From an uncultured Prevotella sp. (lineage in GTDB: Bacteria; Bacteroidota; Bacteroidia; Bacteroidales; Bacteroidaceae), in assembly GCA_964433895.1 (NCBI GenBank), contig CAYSSU010000002.1, positions 47,822 to 111,821 of the forward strand: a DNA stretch of 64,000 nt, read 5' to 3'. Position numbers and translations under genes: made by a program. Positions 1-8,591 of the stretch are shown here, one piece after another; position 1 is the first letter of the stretch; the number at the start of each line of letters is the position of its first letter. The notes below the pieces were generated by a model. It was not told where the DNA came from. It was given only the letters and a program-made list of their open reading frames with translations, and searched no databases.

Positions 1-707
1 CAGCAGGGGTAGGTTATGGTAACAGAGCTCCAAGCGTAACCGAATCATTTGGCTATTTTATAAATAATATTCTCGATAAGTATGATTATATTGGTAATCC
101 CAAGTTGAAAAATGAATCAGCTTTGGAATTGAATGGTTCTATGTCATGGGCTGACAGCAAGGTGAATTTGAAAGCAGAGGCTGATGCATTCTTTTTTCAC
201 AATTATATAATAGGATTGCCCGATGATCGCCTGTCTGCAATGACAATAGGTGCTGCGGGAGTTAAAGTGTACCAGAATCTCAGTCATGCAAAAATAGTAA
301 ATTTTTCATTTCTTGCAAATTGGAATATACTTGACTTCTTGAGATGGGAAAACATAGTATCTTATATTTATGGTGTGGAAAGCAATGGAATCTATTTGCC
401 TATGATGGCACCTGTTACATATAAATCTGCATTTAGAATCATTGGAAAACTATGGGAAGCAAAAATAGGAATGGAGTCTGCTGCCTGTCATTCAAATTAT
501 AGTGCCAAGTATGGTGAAACAGAGACTCCTGGTTATGCGGTGTTTGATATAAATGGAGGTTATAAGTTTGTTTTCAGAACTTTTACTGTAGATTTTCATG
601 CAGGTATAGAGAATGTTTTAGATCATCGTTATACCACATATTCCGACTGGAACAGTATTCCCAAGAAGGGGCGCAATATATATGTAAATGCCACATTCAC
701 TATTTAA
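1..707 (+). CDS. TonB-dependent receptor family outer-membrane protein, C-terminal fragment (5' end outside window)
   Basis: The reading frame is open from the window edge (AGVGYGNRAPSVTESFGYF...) into listed ORF 105-707. It has a beta-strand-like alternating pattern and ends in ...YVNATFTI, like a terminal barrel strand. The TTG at 105 is an ORF-caller artefact. Confidence 0.55.
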   Translation, partial: AGVGYGNRAPSVTESFGYFINNILDKYDYIGNPKLKNESALELNGSMSWADSKVNLKAEADAFFFHNYIIGLPDDRLSAMTIGAAGVKVYQNLSHAKIVNFSFLANWNILDFLRWENIVSYIYGVESNGIYLPMMAPVTYKSAFRIIGKLWEAKIGMESAACHSNYSAKYGETETPGYAVFDINGGYKFVFRTFTVDFHAGIENVLDHRYTTYSDWNSIPKKGRNIYVNATFTI

Positions 708-730
708 CTATGTCCTGTGCGTAAGAACCA

Positions 731-1690
731 TCAGAATTCAATAGAATATCCGACACCTATATCAAATGTTCGCTCGGTTTCTGTTCCTCTGTAGTGTCTC
801 CATCCATATTCAGCTTTAATTGTAAAATTGGTGATGGGACAGAGGTTGAAACCTAGCGTCCATTTGTTCATTGTTGGTGTTTCTGTATTGAAAACACCGT
901 CATAGCGAGCAAAAGGTATAATAAATAAACCTTTGTATTCTGTAAAAGACATAAGGTCATAGCCAAATTCAATGCCTGCTGATTTTGCAGAGTTTTTGTC
1001 TGAATATATTATTGAACCGTCGGCAATGATACCTTTAAACTGCATCTCGGTGTCTATGGCTCCACAGAATCTGTTACTGCCCAGGAAACTGCTGGCTCCT
1101 ATACGCAGAAATTCAGCAGGATGATAGTCTAATCTGGCAGAACCTCCCAATACCATGGATTCATTAAATGGCAACTTGCCATAAACAAGAATTGATGCGC
1201 TGTATTCCAATTTGCCATAGCCACCCCAGAGCATAGCTCCGCCCTCATGCCATTTCATTGGCAATAGAGCTGCCTCGCTCTCCGGGTCGTATATTGTCAG
1301 AGCCGTTCCCTCGGAGTTTACCTGTCCTACAGGAATGTTGATGATTCCTGCTTTTACATTTATGGCGTTGCTCCACGATTTGTTCAGATAGAGTAAATCT
1401 GTAGTGAAATTGTTCTTAAAGCTGTTTTCCCAAGTTCCGTCTCCGTATAGTCTTTCATATTCAAGTCTGGCATATATGCTCCATCCGTGATTTAAGTTTA
1501 ATTCTCCATCTACAACAATATGAGGAAAATCGATATCTTCACGATTTTCTCCATAATAATTATGTCCATAGTTAACCTCGGTATAGACTGTCCCTGAAAA
1601 AGTATATTGTTCTGTAGAGTCAACTTCAGCAGCTGTAATCTCGCCGGAACTCGCCATCGCAATACATATTGCCACAGTTTTTAAATTCAT
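731..1690 (-). CDS. Outer-membrane beta-barrel (porin-like) protein, function unknown
   Basis: 319 aa. N-terminal signal peptide MNLKTVAICIAMASSGEITA. Gly/Tyr-rich alternating strands. C-terminal ...GVGYSIEF with the terminal Phe typical of OMPs. Confidence 0.7.
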   Translation of the reverse strand: MNLKTVAICIAMASSGEITAAEVDSTEQYTFSGTVYTEVNYGHNYYGENREDIDFPHIVVDGELNLNHGWSIYARLEYERLYGDGTWENSFKNNFTTDLLYLNKSWSNAINVKAGIINIPVGQVNSEGTALTIYDPESEAALLPMKWHEGGAMLWGGYGKLEYSASILVYGKLPFNESMVLGGSARLDYHPAEFLRIGASSFLGSNRFCGAIDTEMQFKGIIADGSIIYSDKNSAKSAGIEFGYDLMSFTEYKGLFIIPFARYDGVFNTETPTMNKWTLGFNLCPITNFTIKAEYGWRHYRGTETERTFDIGVGYSIEF

Positions 1691-1717
1691 AAAATTTTAT
1701 TCAATTTTTAACGGTTG

Positions 1718-1725
1718 CAAAATTA
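1718..1725 (-). promoter_or_regulatory. -7 promoter box TAATTTTG (Bacteroidota TAnnTTTG consensus)
   Basis: Lies 27 nt upstream of ATG 1690 on the minus strand. Confidence 0.55.
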
Positions 1726-1764
1726 CGCTTTTTCCGGTTAATCTTCCAAATTTGAAGTATCGCC

Positions 1765-1813
1765 AAAAGTAGGTAAATTTTTTGTATATTTTTTTAAGTT
1801 CATACCTACTTTT
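1765..1813. terminator. A-tract/stem/T-tract hairpin (11-bp arms AAAAGTAGGTA / TACCTACTTTT, AT-only 27-nt loop)
   Basis: Perfect inverted arms at 1765-1775 and 1803-1813. It sits between repeat copy A and the promoter of the OMP gene. Confidence 0.35.
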
Positions 1814-1874
1814 GTGCTGTGTGAAATGAATTAAATAGGAAAATATAGGTATTATTCCATATTAGCATGATAAA

Positions 1875-2280
1875 AATGCTATCTGTGTTTTTTTTCTGTT
1901 TTTATCTGTCATCTGTCATAAATCATCTCGCTCCTCCAGTGTTTATCGGCATTCCGGCTTATGACAGATACTATGACAGATGACAGATAAATGATAAAAA
2001 AGTGCTGAAAATGGCGATTTTCACTAATCTTATAGCGTTTTTATCGTATAGAGGGTGCAATTTTTGGCGTGTTTTTGCTGTTTTTTTTTAGTTTTGTGGT
2101 ATATTGTCTTCAAATTCATTAAATGTATGTTCAAATAATATTGTAACGTCGTAATTATATCACACGTCATTTTAAAATCAGTATAAAGGCTGTATACAAA
2201 GAGTCTCTATGCTTTGTATTCATCGTATTTGTGCTGTATATTCACAATACAAAGCCTTTAGACAACGAGTACAGAAATTA
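1875..2280 (-). repeat. Composite non-coding element, copy A (inverted homolog of 41415-41968)
   Basis: The reverse complement aligns with copy B in two blocks. Module 1 is about 2176-2280 (GTCTAAAGGCTTTGTA...CAGCCTTT). Module 2 is about 1875-2090 (TGCACC...CTGTCATCTGTCATAGTATCTGTCATA...AAACACTGG..GCGAG.TGATTTATGACAGATGACAGAT...AAAAAAAACAC.GATAG). Confidence 0.85.
1902..1990. repeat. Hairpin with 19-bp perfect inverted arms TTATCTGTCATCTGTCATA / TATGACAGATGACAGATAA and a 51-nt spacer
   Basis: Arms are at 1902-1920 and 1972-1990. A further ATGACAGATA copy lies inside the spacer. The octamer TGACAGAT/ATCTGTCA occurs 5 times. Confidence 0.9.
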
Positions 2281-2388
2281 AATATAATTTTCTGTACTGT
2301 TAATTCCAAAGTAAAAGAAAACAAAAAGAGAAATCTATATATAATGTTGTTTTCCTGCATTTTACTTGCACGATTGAATATAAATATT

Positions 2389-2396
2389 TAATTTTG
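2389..2396 (+). promoter_or_regulatory. -7 promoter box TAATTTTG
   Basis: Lies 19 nt upstream of ATG 2416. Confidence 0.55.
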
Positions 2397-2415
2397 CAAG
2401 CAAAATGTTAAGATA

Positions 2416-3786
2416 ATGCTTGAAAATATAGCAAATGGTATAAATGATTTCTTTGCAGCTTTTAGTTCTGCATTGTGGGGATGGCCGATGATAATACTTC
2501 TGTTGGGGACGCATATATTCCTGACAGTAAGGCTGCGTTTTCCTCAGCGTAAGATATTTACAGCCATACGGCTGTCTGTGAGACGTGATAAAAATGCGTC
2601 GGGAGATGTATCGCAGTTCGGTGCTCTGGCAACGGCTTTGGCTGCAACGATAGGTACCGGCAATATTATAGGTGTGGCAACAGCTGTGGCTCTTGGCGGT
2701 CCGGGAGCGGTGCTGTGGTGCTGGCTTACCGGTGTGTTTGGAATAGCAACGAAATATGCTGAAGGATTACTTGCCGTGAAATATCGTGTGACTACCAAAG
2801 ACGGAAGAATGTTGGGCGGTCCGATGTATGCGTTGGAACGTGGTTTGGGATGGAAAAAAATGGCAGTGCTGTTTGCCGTATTCACTTCTGTGGCTTCATT
2901 TGGAATAGGAAATACTGTTCAGGCTAATGCCATAGCCACAATAGCGAATACTACATACGGAGTGCCTACATATATTACCGGTATAGTGGTCTGTGTACTT
3001 GCTGCGGCTGTTATTCTCGGTGGTGTAAAGAGTATTGCCAAAGTTTGCGGAATGCTTGTGCCGTTCATGGCTTTGTTTTATGTGTTGGGATGTGTATATA
3101 TTCTTTTTGTAAACGGTCATTATGTATGGCCGGCACTGGTAATGATTGTGAAGTCGGCATTTACTTCTCAGGCTGCTGGTGGAGGATTCCTTGGGTCTAC
3201 AATAATGTTGGCTTCAAGATATGGCATAGCGCGTGGCTTGTTTTCCAATGAATCAGGATTGGGCTCTGCCCCTATTGTGGCTGCTGCCGCACAGACCCGC
3301 AATCCTGTGAGACAGGCATTGGTATCATCAACAGGGACTTTCTGGGATACTGTTGTGATATGTGCGCTTACGGGACTTGTGATAGTGAGCAGTGTACTGG
3401 CTTATCCTGACATTGATTTTACGAATGGAGCCGGACTGACAACAGCGGCTTTTGATAAAATTCCTTATATAGGAACACCGCTTCTGACGTTCGGATTGCT
3501 GACGTTTGCTTTCAGCACGATATTGGGTTGGAGTTATTATGGTGAGCGTGCCGTGGAATATCTTAAAGGTCACAGATGGATATATGCTTACAGGCTACTG
3601 TATATCGGTGCCGTGTTTTTTGGCAGCGTGATGAACCTTACAATGGTTTGGAACATATCTGACTGTATGAATGCGCTGATGGCAATACCAAACTTATTGT
3701 CTCTGTTGTTTCTCAGTGGTATGCTGGTACACGAAACGCGTAAATATCTCTGGCGAGACAGGCTCGACAGAGATATGGATGAATAA
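2416..3786 (+). CDS. Alanine/glycine:cation (sodium) symporter, AGCS family
   Basis: 456 aa polytopic membrane protein. Carries the AGCS signature region SQFGALATALAATIGTGNIIGVATAVALGGPGAVLWCW. Confidence 0.88.
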   Translation: MLENIANGINDFFAAFSSALWGWPMIILLLGTHIFLTVRLRFPQRKIFTAIRLSVRRDKNASGDVSQFGALATALAATIGTGNIIGVATAVALGGPGAVLWCWLTGVFGIATKYAEGLLAVKYRVTTKDGRMLGGPMYALERGLGWKKMAVLFAVFTSVASFGIGNTVQANAIATIANTTYGVPTYITGIVVCVLAAAVILGGVKSIAKVCGMLVPFMALFYVLGCVYILFVNGHYVWPALVMIVKSAFTSQAAGGGFLGSTIMLASRYGIARGLFSNESGLGSAPIVAAAAQTRNPVRQALVSSTGTFWDTVVICALTGLVIVSSVLAYPDIDFTNGAGLTTAAFDKIPYIGTPLLTFGLLTFAFSTILGWSYYGERAVEYLKGHRWIYAYRLLYIGAVFFGSVMNLTMVWNISDCMNALMAIPNLLSLLFLSGMLVHETRKYLWRDRLDRDMDE

Positions 3787-3792
3787 AATTGT

Positions 3793-5034
3793 TTATTTGT
3801 TGAAATTGAATCTTATACCGACGTTGAGGTTAAGATTCAATTTCTTATCCTGATAAATAGTAGGGACATTGCTGTGATTGTCAAAGTAATATCCAACACC
3901 CGGTTCTGCGTAAATGCTTACAGCATCTTGTAGCTTATATTCTGCTCCTATGGCTGCGTTTACGGAATACTGCGGTTTCTTCATTGTTATCTTCTCGTCA
4001 GTAGTTTCAAAGTCGTCACCAATACTGGTGCTTAGTTTGCCTTTCACCATCTTCTGTATCATGGCTCCTGCTGAGGCATAGACGTTGAAATGCCGGTTGC
4101 TCCAAATGTTGTATATTGCATTTACAGGTATGCCGATATACTGAAGGCTTTGGTTGGTCACAGTGGTATTGTTTCCCGTGGTGTGTGTTATATCTGATGA
4201 TAGATAACTGTATTTCACACCGCTTTCTATGCTCCATTTGTCATTTATCGGTATGCGTAGAGACACGCCAATGCTTATTGGCTGTTTATGACGCACGTGC
4301 TCTTCTATTTTCGGTGCAGCATTAACCACAAGTTCCTCTTTGGAGTAGTCTCCGGGGTCAGACATATAGGAGGCGAGAACCGGTGTTTTTCCGTTTCCCG
4401 CAGCGCCATTGCCACCAAGTCCGCCAGATGCGTATATCTTGGCAGTTATTGATGTGGAGTGGTTATGGTGGCTTGATGTATGCCGAAATGCAGTAGTGGT
4501 GTATCTTTCAGAACTTCTTGCCGGAGATTTATCGGTTGTCGGCAGATTGCCGACTAATTCTGCCGGTTGCTTAATCTCAGATGTTGAAGTGCTGTCAATG
4601 GTCTGTTCTTGGGTTCCACCGGTGGTTGCCATAGCCATTAATACAGGCTGGTAATCATTATTGCTATTCTTATTCTTGTATGATGTGATATTGTAAATTA
4701 TCTGTGCAATATTTGCTATAGGGCTGTTGCCTCCTGTAATATTCTTTTCAGCAATATCCTCTTGAATTTTTGCAGACTGAGTCTTTGTGCCTTTTAAAGC
4801 AAAAGAATCAGATGTATCATCATGCAGCAGCGTCATATAACAGGTTCCACCTATTATTAATATGGCTATGGCGGCGGCTATAGAACGTTTGCCCCATATA
4901 GAAAATATCTTGCCTTTACTATTCTTGCGATTTTCAGCTACCGTCTTTTCAATGTCAGCCCATGAAAGTTCAGGAGCCGACTGCTGATAGCCGGTCAACT
5001 TCTGTTGAAGTTTATTTATCCACTGATCTTTCAT
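3793..5034 (-). CDS. Putative anti-sigma factor with single TM segment and C-terminal beta-barrel-like domain
   Basis: 413 aa. Its start overlaps the stop of the ECF sigma gene by 23 nt. One TM segment (IAAAIAILIIGGTCYMTLL). Ser/Thr/Asn-rich linker. The C-terminal ~180 aa has an alternating beta pattern (IGVSLRIPINDKWSIESGVKYSYL...NLNVGIRFNF). Confidence 0.6.
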   Translation of the reverse strand: MKDQWINKLQQKLTGYQQSAPELSWADIEKTVAENRKNSKGKIFSIWGKRSIAAAIAILIIGGTCYMTLLHDDTSDSFALKGTKTQSAKIQEDIAEKNITGGNSPIANIAQIIYNITSYKNKNSNNDYQPVLMAMATTGGTQEQTIDSTSTSEIKQPAELVGNLPTTDKSPARSSERYTTTAFRHTSSHHNHSTSITAKIYASGGLGGNGAAGNGKTPVLASYMSDPGDYSKEELVVNAAPKIEEHVRHKQPISIGVSLRIPINDKWSIESGVKYSYLSSDITHTTGNNTTVTNQSLQYIGIPVNAIYNIWSNRHFNVYASAGAMIQKMVKGKLSTSIGDDFETTDEKITMKKPQYSVNAAIGAEYKLQDAVSIYAEPGVGYYFDNHSNVPTIYQDKKLNLNLNVGIRFNFNK

Positions 5035-5602
5035 ATTTTATATCTTTATTGTTTCTATATTCTAATATTTTTTTTGCCAATAGATTTTTAGCCCTGTGCA
5101 ATTGTGAAGCTGAACTGTCTTTTTTAATTCCAAGAATTCTTGATATGTCGTCATGACTTTTGTTTTCCAAGACGAAAAGATTGAATACTGTTCTGTATCC
5201 TGTGGGCAGTTCCTGTATCATTCTTTGCAATTCTTCTGCCGTAATATTGTCTATCGGAGGGTCTTCAACTTCAGGTTCATCAGGCAAGTCCCATTCCAGT
5301 TGAATCCATTCCTGTCGTTTCCTGTCTCTGAGGAATGACAGAGCCTGATTTATGACAAGGCGTGTCGCCCAAGCCTGAAGAGACCCTTTGCCACGATATT
5401 TAAAGTCTCCGATGCGTGAGAATATCTTAATCATAGATTCCTGCATCACGTCTTTAGTGTCCTCTTCATTAATAATGTATCGTGCGCATGCAGCAGTGAG
5501 ACTTCCGGAATATAAGGAATAGAACTCTCGCATAGCGGTATTGCTACCGTTACGAAGTCGCTTAGCTAATGCTTCTTCCTTATTTCCGATTCCTAATATC
5601 AT
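5012..5602 (-). CDS. RNA polymerase ECF-type sigma-70 factor
   Basis: Region 2 (FYSLYSGSLTAACARYI...DVMQESMIKIF) and region 4 HTH (LPTGYRTVFNLFVLENKSHDDISRILGIKKDSSASQLHRAK). Start moved to ATG 5602 (MILGIGNKEE...) because a -7 box lies at 5622-5629 inside the longer ORF. Confidence 0.85.
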   Translation of the reverse strand: MILGIGNKEEALAKRLRNGSNTAMREFYSLYSGSLTAACARYIINEEDTKDVMQESMIKIFSRIGDFKYRGKGSLQAWATRLVINQALSFLRDRKRQEWIQLEWDLPDEPEVEDPPIDNITAEELQRMIQELPTGYRTVFNLFVLENKSHDDISRILGIKKDSSASQLHRAKNLLAKKILEYRNNKDIKYERSVDK

Positions 5603-5621
5603 TTGTTTATGAATTAAATCA

Positions 5622-5629
5622 CAAAAATA
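5622..5629 (-). promoter_or_regulatory. -7 promoter box TATTTTTG
   Basis: Lies 19 nt upstream of ATG 5602 on the minus strand. Confidence 0.5.
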
Positions 5630-5787
5630 TAGAAAACTTGCATGAGAAAGAAGAAAAGTATAGTTAATAAAAGCAAAATAATTTGTTAACTTTTTTTTAT
5701 ATTGCATGATGCAAGTTTCTTTTCTTATATGCATTTATATGGGTGAAAGTAACAGATTAATAACCAATATTTAAAATTAGAAGAAAA

Positions 5788-6387
5788 ATGAAAAGTATTA
5801 AGATTTTATCAGCAGTATTGCTTTGTGCAGTAACTTTAGGTTTCACATCATGTATGAATGATGATGATAATAACAATTCTTTGACTCCGGCAGAGGTCAG
5901 TCAGTGTTATAATGCGGTTAAGGGTACATATACCGGAAAGTTGATTTACCCAAGTGTAAATCCAAATAACACCAAGGATACGGCAGATACACTGGCTGCA
6001 AATTGGACTATAAATACAGACTCAACAATGATAATAAGAAACTTTCCGCCAAAGGTTCTTGCTTCTGCAATAACTAATACAGAGATAAAGGAAGCTCTGG
6101 AGAAAGAAGCACCTAAGGACTTGAATTGCTATATTGGCTTCGTTAGGGTTTCTCCTGTTACATTTTTGATAAATGTTCAGGCTCCAGAATATACTCTGAC
6201 TTATGGCGGCAAAGAACATAAGGCAAAGATTGTATTCTACGGTAACAGTTCTTATTCTTTTGGAGTTTATACAGCGGCAAAAAATACATTTGAGATGCAG
6301 ATAATAGAGGCGCGTCTATATATAGACGACAATCCAACGTCATATATCAATAACGGAGTAGCATTTTACTTTACAGGGAAGAAATAA
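5788..6387 (+). CDS. Lipoprotein, function unknown
   Basis: 199 aa. Lipobox signal MKSIKILSAVLLCAVTLGFTSC followed by an Asp/Asn-rich linker. Confidence 0.7.
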   Translation: MKSIKILSAVLLCAVTLGFTSCMNDDDNNNSLTPAEVSQCYNAVKGTYTGKLIYPSVNPNNTKDTADTLAANWTINTDSTMIIRNFPPKVLASAITNTEIKEALEKEAPKDLNCYIGFVRVSPVTFLINVQAPEYTLTYGGKEHKAKIVFYGNSSYSFGVYTAAKNTFEMQIIEARLYIDDNPTSYINNGVAFYFTGKK

Positions 6388-6415
6388 AAACAGTTCGAGA
6401 TAAAATTATTTTTTG

Positions 6416-6450
6416 AAGGCGGAGAACTTAATTGGGCTTCGCCTTTTTTG
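6416..6450 (+). terminator. Intrinsic terminator
   Basis: AAGGCG (6416-6421) pairs with CGCCTT (6440-6445), followed by a T6 run. It lies 29 nt after the stop of the lipoprotein gene. Confidence 0.5.
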
Positions 6451-6483
6451 TTTTATTTATTTTTATTCCTCATTAAAAATGTC

Positions 6484-6491
6484 TATCTTTG
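6484..6491 (+). promoter_or_regulatory. -7 promoter box TATCTTTG
   Basis: Lies 22 nt upstream of ATG 6514. Confidence 0.6.
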
Positions 6492-6513
6492 CAAAACGTA
6501 AATAAGATAGCAG

Positions 6514-7695
6514 ATGGATAATACAGAAAGATTATGGAATAAGGATTATTGTAAGGTGATGACGGCAAACTTCATGATTTATTTTGCTTTCTATATACTT
6601 ACGCCTCTATTGCCGATATATCTTAGTGAGACATTTGGAGCTACAAAGGATGTAATAGGCATTGTTCTGTCAGGCTACACAATAGCAGCTTTGGTAATTC
6701 GCCCGTTTTCTGGTTTTGTGGTAGACAGTTTCGCACGTAAGAAAGTGTTGGTGATAAGTTTCTTTCTTTTCTTTATTTTTTTTGTAGGATATATTGCTGC
6801 TTCTACTTTGTTGATGTTTGCCATTGTAAGAACCCTACACGGAGTGCCTTTCGGGGCTGTGTCTGTGGCTAACAGCACTACTGCTATAGACGTGTTGCCG
6901 CCCGGCAGAAGAAATGAAGGTATAGGGTATTATGGACTTAGTAATAATCTGGCTATGGCAATAGCCCCTAGTATAGGAGTATATATTTATAAATATACGC
7001 AGAATTTTGCCATATTGTTTTGGATTGCTTTGATTATGGCATTCGTTGGATTGTTTGCTGCATCATCGGTTAATTTGCCGCAAAAGCAAATTGCGAGAAC
7101 AAGGAAGACTCTTTCTCTTGACCGTTTCTTCCTTACCCGTGCCTGGATGCTGGCTGTAAACATTGCGTTCTTTGGATTCTGCTTTGGAGTGTTGAGTAAT
7201 TATCTGGCAATATACAGTAAGGAAAGTCTCGGTATAACAGGAGGAACCGGTACATTCTTTGCTTTGCTTTCAATAGGACTTGTGGCTTCAAGGCTGCAGG
7301 GGGCAAAGGCTTTGAGGGAAGGTAAACTTACTCAGAATGCGGGGTGGGGAATACTTTTGTCTACAGTGGGATATATTCTCTTTGTGAGTTGCAACAATAT
7401 AGCGGCATATTATGTAAGTGCGCTGCTTGTAGGTTTGGGCAACGGACACATGTATCCCGCATTCCTCAATATGTTTATTTCCATAGCCCATCATGATGAG
7501 CGCGGTACGGCAAACTCATCTATATTGACTTCATGGGACTTGGGATTCGGACTTGGCATATTGCTTGGTGGTGTCGTGGCTGAACATTTGGGATACACAT
7601 CTGCATTCTGGATGGTTGCTGCAATACAGGCAACGGGAGCTGTGTTATTCTTTGCTGCTTCCCGTAATTTCTTTCTTGCCCGTATCGTGAAGTGA
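6514..7695 (+). CDS. MFS transporter
   Basis: 393 aa with about 12 predicted TM segments. MFS loop motif GFVVDSFARKKVL between TM2 and TM3. Confidence 0.85.
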   Translation: MDNTERLWNKDYCKVMTANFMIYFAFYILTPLLPIYLSETFGATKDVIGIVLSGYTIAALVIRPFSGFVVDSFARKKVLVISFFLFFIFFVGYIAASTLLMFAIVRTLHGVPFGAVSVANSTTAIDVLPPGRRNEGIGYYGLSNNLAMAIAPSIGVYIYKYTQNFAILFWIALIMAFVGLFAASSVNLPQKQIARTRKTLSLDRFFLTRAWMLAVNIAFFGFCFGVLSNYLAIYSKESLGITGGTGTFFALLSIGLVASRLQGAKALREGKLTQNAGWGILLSTVGYILFVSCNNIAAYYVSALLVGLGNGHMYPAFLNMFISIAHHDERGTANSSILTSWDLGFGLGILLGGVVAEHLGYTSAFWMVAAIQATGAVLFFAASRNFFLARIVK

Positions 7696-8580
7696 TTTGC
7701 TCTTTATTACAAGCCATACGCCAGAGAATACAAGTATGATGGCTATTCCCTGCATGATTGTGAATACGCCTATGCCTGTGAGCAGGCTCACAGCAACAGA
7801 GACTATTGGCTGCACATAATTATATATACTCACAACGGTAGGACGGAGTACTTTCTGACCAACCATAGTGAGAATATAACTTACAAAGGTGCCGAAGAAT
7901 ACCACATAGCCGGCTTCCAGCCATGTCTTTGTGCTTATCTCGCTCCATGGTAAAGATGCCACATGAGCTCCGCTGAATGGCCATATAAGCAATACAGCCC
8001 ATAGAAACATCCACTTGTTTACAGTGAATACAGAATATTTCTTTATCAGTTTGTTGAACAATGAAAGATATAGGGCAAAAGACATCTGCGCACCAAGACA
8101 CATAAGGTCTCCGCGGATATCACCTACTTTGGCATTTACAGCTGCAGCACTTGAAAGTATAAGAATTACGGCTCCGCAACAGCCAATGAATACTCCCAGA
8201 GCTTTCTGTAATGTGATAGGCTCTTTGAGTATGAAAAACGACAGAACCATGGCAAAGATAGGCATGGAGGTGGTAACAATGCTGGCGTTGACCGGAGATG
8301 TGATGCTGAGACCTATGGTGAAAAGACATTGGTTACAGGTGAGACCAAATATGGCTGCACCGATAAACAATAGCTTGTCACGTAATGGCACGTGCTCGTG
8401 CTTTATGAAAAGTGACGTAATCCAAAAGAGTATGGCTCCGCCAAGAACACGGAATGAAACCATACTTATACCGTCTATGCCATGTGTCATGGCATCTTTG
8501 CCGAGTGGAGCCATTAATCCCCAGAAAAATTCGGCAGTGAACATGCTGAGATGAGCTTGCAGCGCTTTGTTGTTATTCAA
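7645..8580 (-). CDS. DMT superfamily (EamA-like) transporter
   Basis: 311 aa with 10 TM-like segments in two EamA-type halves. The 3' end overlaps the convergent MFS gene by 51 nt. Confidence 0.8.
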   Translation of the reverse strand: MNNNKALQAHLSMFTAEFFWGLMAPLGKDAMTHGIDGISMVSFRVLGGAILFWITSLFIKHEHVPLRDKLLFIGAAIFGLTCNQCLFTIGLSITSPVNASIVTTSMPIFAMVLSFFILKEPITLQKALGVFIGCCGAVILILSSAAAVNAKVGDIRGDLMCLGAQMSFALYLSLFNKLIKKYSVFTVNKWMFLWAVLLIWPFSGAHVASLPWSEISTKTWLEAGYVVFFGTFVSYILTMVGQKVLRPTVVSIYNYVQPIVSVAVSLLTGIGVFTIMQGIAIILVFSGVWLVIKSKSLHDTGKKEITGSSKE

Positions 8581-8591
8581 AAGAATACAAA

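Noticed and set aside
1902-1990. The TGACAGAT inverted-repeat hairpin considered as a MITE or IS remnant.
   Set aside because: There is no target-site duplication and no transposase anywhere in the window. The flanking 100+ bp on both sides are also homologous between the two copies, so the hairpin is part of a larger element rather than an independent insertion.
2209-2391. The listed 60-aa ORF inside repeat copy A.
   Set aside because: It overlaps the structured module 1, has no counterpart ORF in copy B, and lies on the strand opposite the inferred transcription direction of the element.
5603-5734. N-terminal extensions of listed ORFs: sigma factor 5603-5734, dxs 20917-21024, nitroreductase 9117-9146, flippase-like gene 50277-50324, EamA 54148-54210 and AAE transporter 56056-56091.
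   Set aside because: In every case a TAnnTTTG -7 box lies inside the extension. An internal Met also gives an N-terminus typical of the family, so the shorter starts were used.
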